Below are positions 35,313 to 38,043 of a stretch of DNA of 38,043 nt, in pieces. Source of the DNA: a virus (lineage: Duplodnaviria; Heunggongvirae; Uroviricota; Caudoviricetes); the IMG/VR virus record IMGVR_UViG_3300032245_001763, positions 64,001 to 102,043 of that record; one strand, written 5' to 3'. The notes under the pieces were generated by a model. The model had not been told where the DNA came from. It was given only the letters and a program-made list of their open reading frames with translations, and made no database searches. The stretch's first letter is position 1. Every line of letters begins with the position of its first letter. The translations under genes were made by a program, and so were the position numbers.

Positions 35313-35966
35313 ATGAAAAGCTATCCGTCTATTGATGGAATATCAGAAATTGATCAATTTTTAGGTAAAGATTGTATAGTTTTTGAAAAAAATGATGGTT
35401 CAAATTTAAGATTTGAATGGTCTAAAAAAACTGGTTGGTCGAAATTTGGAACAAGAAACAGATTGTTTGATTTATCAGATAAAGAATATGGTCAATCAAT
35501 CAATATTTTTCAAAATAATTTTGGAACAAAATTTACAGAGTTGTTAAAACAACAATTTCCTAAACTTGAGAAAGCAACTGTTTTTTGTGAATTTTATGGA
35601 GAAAACAGTTTTGCTGGTCATCACAATTTTAATGATCAAATGAAATTATGTTTATTTGATGTTGACATATTTAAAAAAGGATTTGTTGATCCTTACAGAT
35701 TCATTGAATTATTTGGTTCTTTTTCAATTCCAAAAGTGTATTATCAGGGCAAGCTAACAACTAATTTAATTCAAGATATTAAAAATGGAATATTTGGTGA
35801 AAATGAAGGCGTTGTAATTAAAGGCGTTAATGGTAAAAACTCTAATCATAACAATATATGGATGATTAAGGTAAAAACCAATTTTTGGCTTGAAAAAATT
35901 AAAAACAAATTAGGATTTGAACAAATTTATTTAGAAAATTTAAAAGAACAATCATGCAAAGAATAA
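35313..35966 (+). CDS. RNA-ligase-like nucleotidyltransferase
   Basis: EKNDGSN (motif I), FCEFYG, LFDV, EGVVIK (motif IV) and IKVK (motif V). Confidence 0.7.
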   Translation: MKSYPSIDGISEIDQFLGKDCIVFEKNDGSNLRFEWSKKTGWSKFGTRNRLFDLSDKEYGQSINIFQNNFGTKFTELLKQQFPKLEKATVFCEFYGENSFAGHHNFNDQMKLCLFDVDIFKKGFVDPYRFIELFGSFSIPKVYYQGKLTTNLIQDIKNGIFGENEGVVIKGVNGKNSNHNNIWMIKVKTNFWLEKIKNKLGFEQIYLENLKEQSCKE

Positions 35967-36295
35967 TGATAAAAACACGTAATAATAACGAAATAAAACT
36001 TAAAGATTTGCGTAAGAATGGTTATTATTATTTTAAGTATCAAGGTTATTACTACAAACTAATGATTAAAACAGATTCGGTCTATTGCTCTCTGAAATAT
36101 AGAGAAAATCATATAGTTGCTATTAACATGAAGTCACTTACAATTAGGGACATTCATAAAGATGAATGGGTTTTACCTATATTTAATGTAAATTGTAATA
36201 TAGAAGTAGAAGAAGTTGGCTCTAAAGATTTGAATTTTCAAAAAAACAATCAAGAAAATTTTACACATTTTGTAATTGACACAAATTGTGTTTAA
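35954..36295 (+). CDS. Hypothetical protein
   Basis: Overlapping operon arrangement. Confidence 0.5.
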   Translation: MQRIMIKTRNNNEIKLKDLRKNGYYYFKYQGYYYKLMIKTDSVYCSLKYRENHIVAINMKSLTIRDIHKDEWVLPIFNVNCNIEVEEVGSKDLNFQKNNQENFTHFVIDTNCV

Positions 36296-36307
36296 GAAAG
36301 GTGTTAT

Positions 36308-36574
36308 ATGGAATACAGTATGAATCCTGGAATTTTTTACTTTCCTTTTTCTGAACTTTTAAATGATGATGAATTCATATTACATTCATCTCATTTGAAT
36401 GAAGGTGAAAGTTCCCCTATATTTGTTAGAATAAATAAAAATTCATATAAGAATGTTGCAACTTTAGAAGAATTTCAACATTCCGATTCAGAGTCGCATA
36501 GACTCATGGTAGCATTAGCACCTAGTGATAATGAATTTGCTTTCATTGGAGAGTCAGATGATGAAAATCAATAA
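36308..36574 (+). CDS. Hypothetical protein
   Basis: AAGGTG RBS. No recognisable motif. Confidence 0.5.
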   Translation: MEYSMNPGIFYFPFSELLNDDEFILHSSHLNEGESSPIFVRINKNSYKNVATLEEFQHSDSESHRLMVALAPSDNEFAFIGESDDENQ

Positions 36575-37001
36575 AAAAATTATTCTTCCTGTTTTGGTTT
36601 TATTAATTTCTATTACAATTCCTGTTTTTATATCATTTAAAAATGATATTTCTATTTATATTCATAATAGAAATATCGCTCTTGAAAAAGAAAAAATCAA
36701 GATTGCCGAAGAAGAAAAGTTAAAACAAGAAATACAAGTAACAAAAATTAATTTGATTAAACTTGTTTCAACTTTGACTACAGATTTAGTTGATGGATCT
36801 TTTAGAAAAGATGTTGTAATAAAATCGGAAGATTCTTGGGGAACTACTTTTAAAGTAGATTTTAAGTCTGAAGAAAGATTACAAGTAAAGTCTGCCGGAC
36901 CAGATAAAATTTTTGACACTCCAGATGATTTAGTGGAGGAAGGTATAAAAGAGGTTCAAAGTGGAATAAAATATTATTTAAAGTCGTTAATTAGAAAGTA
37001 A
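36558..37001 (+). CDS. Membrane protein with a type II secretion protein G (GspG)-like C-terminal domain
   Basis: N-terminal TM helix. DSWG...VKSAGPDKIFDTPDDL matches the GspG DPWG...SAGPDG..GT.DDI motif. Confidence 0.65.
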   Translation: MMKINKKIILPVLVLLISITIPVFISFKNDISIYIHNRNIALEKEKIKIAEEEKLKQEIQVTKINLIKLVSTLTTDLVDGSFRKDVVIKSEDSWGTTFKVDFKSEERLQVKSAGPDKIFDTPDDLVEEGIKEVQSGIKYYLKSLIRK

Positions 37002-37010
37002 ATCTTTCAA

Positions 37011-37026
37011 GTTTGATTGTACAATG
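37011..37026 (+). promoter_or_regulatory. Conserved 16-mer, copy 8 (upstream of the rIIB-like gene)
   Basis: Exact match, about 50 nt before ATG 37078. Confidence 0.75.
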
Positions 37027-37077
37027 TTGCGTCGTTCGATGTTTTTATTTTTTTAACTGTTTAATTGGAGATAATTT

Positions 37078-38043
37078 ATGAGTATTGCATTTACAAAAAC
37101 CAGCACTGGTCAAATTTCTGCTTTTTGCAAAGGTAGAAGTTTTGTTGTTTCAAGCGATCATGCCTTTTATGACAAGGTCATAGAAGCACTAAAGAGTGGA
37201 AATGAAGATGATTTTTGCAGATATGCCGATCTAAAGACAGAAGTACATAATGTTGTACAAAATCTTTCTACTGATCCTAGTGATGTTGTCAAAATTATTG
37301 GAGATACTGTTTACTTCAATGATTTGGTAATTAATAACACTATTACTGAAAGAATTATTTCCTTTATTAAGGATGGTCTTCCATACCAACCAATGGTTAA
37401 TTTTCTTAAAAACATCATGAAGAATCCAAGTTTTCATTCAGTTAATCAACTGTATAAGTTCTTGGAAAACAAGTGTCTTCCAATCACTGATGATGGTTGT
37501 TTTCTTGGCTATAAGCGAGTAAGAAGCGATTATTATGATTTCCACACTGGAACAATTCTTAACAAAGTTGGAAGTTCTGTAGAAGTTCCAAGAAATATGG
37601 TTGATGATGACTTTTCAAAGGATTGTTCATATGGATTGCACGTTGGAGCAATTTCTTATGTCCAGAATTTTCATTCTGGATCAGGTGTTATCTTGCTGGT
37701 AAAAGTCGATCCTGCTGACGTTGTTTCTGTTCCTGAATATGACTCTACAAAAGTTAGAGTTTGTAAATATACAATTATTCAAGAATTAGATCCTACTACT
37801 TCCGGAATTGATTCTGTTTATCATTCTCTTACTGAAATGGATAATCTAAGAGAAGAAGATGAAGAAGATCTTGAAGAAGAAGATTCTTTTTCTTGCACAG
37901 ATTGTTCTTGCGGAAATTGTGATGATGAAGACGAAGATATGGATGATGAAGACGAAGATATGGATGATGAAGACGAAGATATGGATGATGAAGACGAAGA
38001 TATGGATGATGAAGACGAAGATATGGATGATGAAGACGAAGAT
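37078..38043 (+). CDS. rIIB-like phage protein (partial, runs off the right edge, not in the ORF track)
   Basis: GGAG RBS. Open frame with NPS..SVNQLYKFL...LPITDDGCFLGYK, VEVPRNMVDDD...CSYGLHVG and VKVDPADVVSVP...K.RVCKY. Confidence 0.8.
   Translation, partial: MSIAFTKTSTGQISAFCKGRSFVVSSDHAFYDKVIEALKSGNEDDFCRYADLKTEVHNVVQNLSTDPSDVVKIIGDTVYFNDLVINNTITERIISFIKDGLPYQPMVNFLKNIMKNPSFHSVNQLYKFLENKCLPITDDGCFLGYKRVRSDYYDFHTGTILNKVGSSVEVPRNMVDDDFSKDCSYGLHVGAISYVQNFHSGSGVILLVKVDPADVVSVPEYDSTKVRVCKYTIIQELDPTTSGIDSVYHSLTEMDNLREEDEEDLEEEDSFSCTDCSCGNCDDEDEDMDDEDEDMDDEDEDMDDEDEDMDDEDEDMDDEDED
37921..38043 (+). repeat. Perfect 21-bp tandem repeat GATGATGAAGACGAAGATATG (5 full copies + 18 bp), encoding DDEDEDM
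   Basis: Read directly from the sequence, in frame with the rIIB-like ORF. Confidence 0.95.

Noticed and set aside
7801-37026. 16-mer as CRISPR repeats
   Set aside because: Copies are 0.7-9 kb apart with whole genes between them. There are no regular spacers and no cas genes.
461-37437. Short opposite-strand or alternate-frame ORFs in the track (e.g. 461, 1267, 1728, 3018, 6490, 8755, 12024, 13201, 16535, 18823, 27740, 30121, 36662, 37231)
   Set aside because: They lie wholly within better-supported genes, lack RBSs or motifs, and look like shadow frames of AT-rich coding DNA.
1-38043. Genome-wide TAG (or TAA) reassignment
   Set aside because: Coding density is high under the standard code. 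TAG ends five genes at sensible positions (1574 minus, 10214, 12351, 23451, 35311), and only isolated in-frame stops occur.
1-38043. Giant eukaryotic virus origin, suggested by the PARP and EXD2-like genes
   Set aside because: Shine-Dalgarno sites, ATGA-coupled operons, csrA, clpX, a sigma-like factor and rIIB point to a virus of bacteria.

Overview
A very AT-rich, gene-dense window, almost all on the + strand. It uses bacterial translation signals (GGAG/AGGA RBSs, many ATGA overlaps) and contains no structural genes, rRNA, tRNA or CRISPR array. The content is best explained as the accessory/early region of a large (jumbo-like) bacteriophage: an rIIB-like protein, several HNH and zinc-ribbon endonucleases, two RNA-ligase-type proteins, PNKP, a DenV-like glycosylase, DUF1353 and a four-copy paralog array, plus the host-like genes csrA, clpX, prs, a sigma-70-like factor and a RuvB-like ATPase. 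The host is unknown. Five observations stand out. (1) A PTH2-like peptidyl-tRNA hydrolase gene has its only well-supported start separated from the conserved N-terminal strand by an in-frame TAG (MKPFM*VKNYVYVVVRQDL) and is coupled to an HD-domain gene. (2) The exact 16-mer GTTTGATTGTACAATG occurs eight times, always on + and upstream of a gene, including on both sides of the sigma-like gene. (3) There is an ADP-ribosylation/NAD set: a WGR-helical-catalytic PARP with H-Y-E triad, an ADP-ribosylhydrolase, a second ART-like protein, a CinA-NMNAT fusion and Prs. (4) ClpX, the PARP and the sigma-like factor all end in -AA, like ssrA degrons, and each sits directly behind the 16-mer. (5) One gene resembles a stand-alone C-terminal HNH-like domain of eukaryotic EXD2. 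All family calls come from motif recognition by eye, not from database searches.
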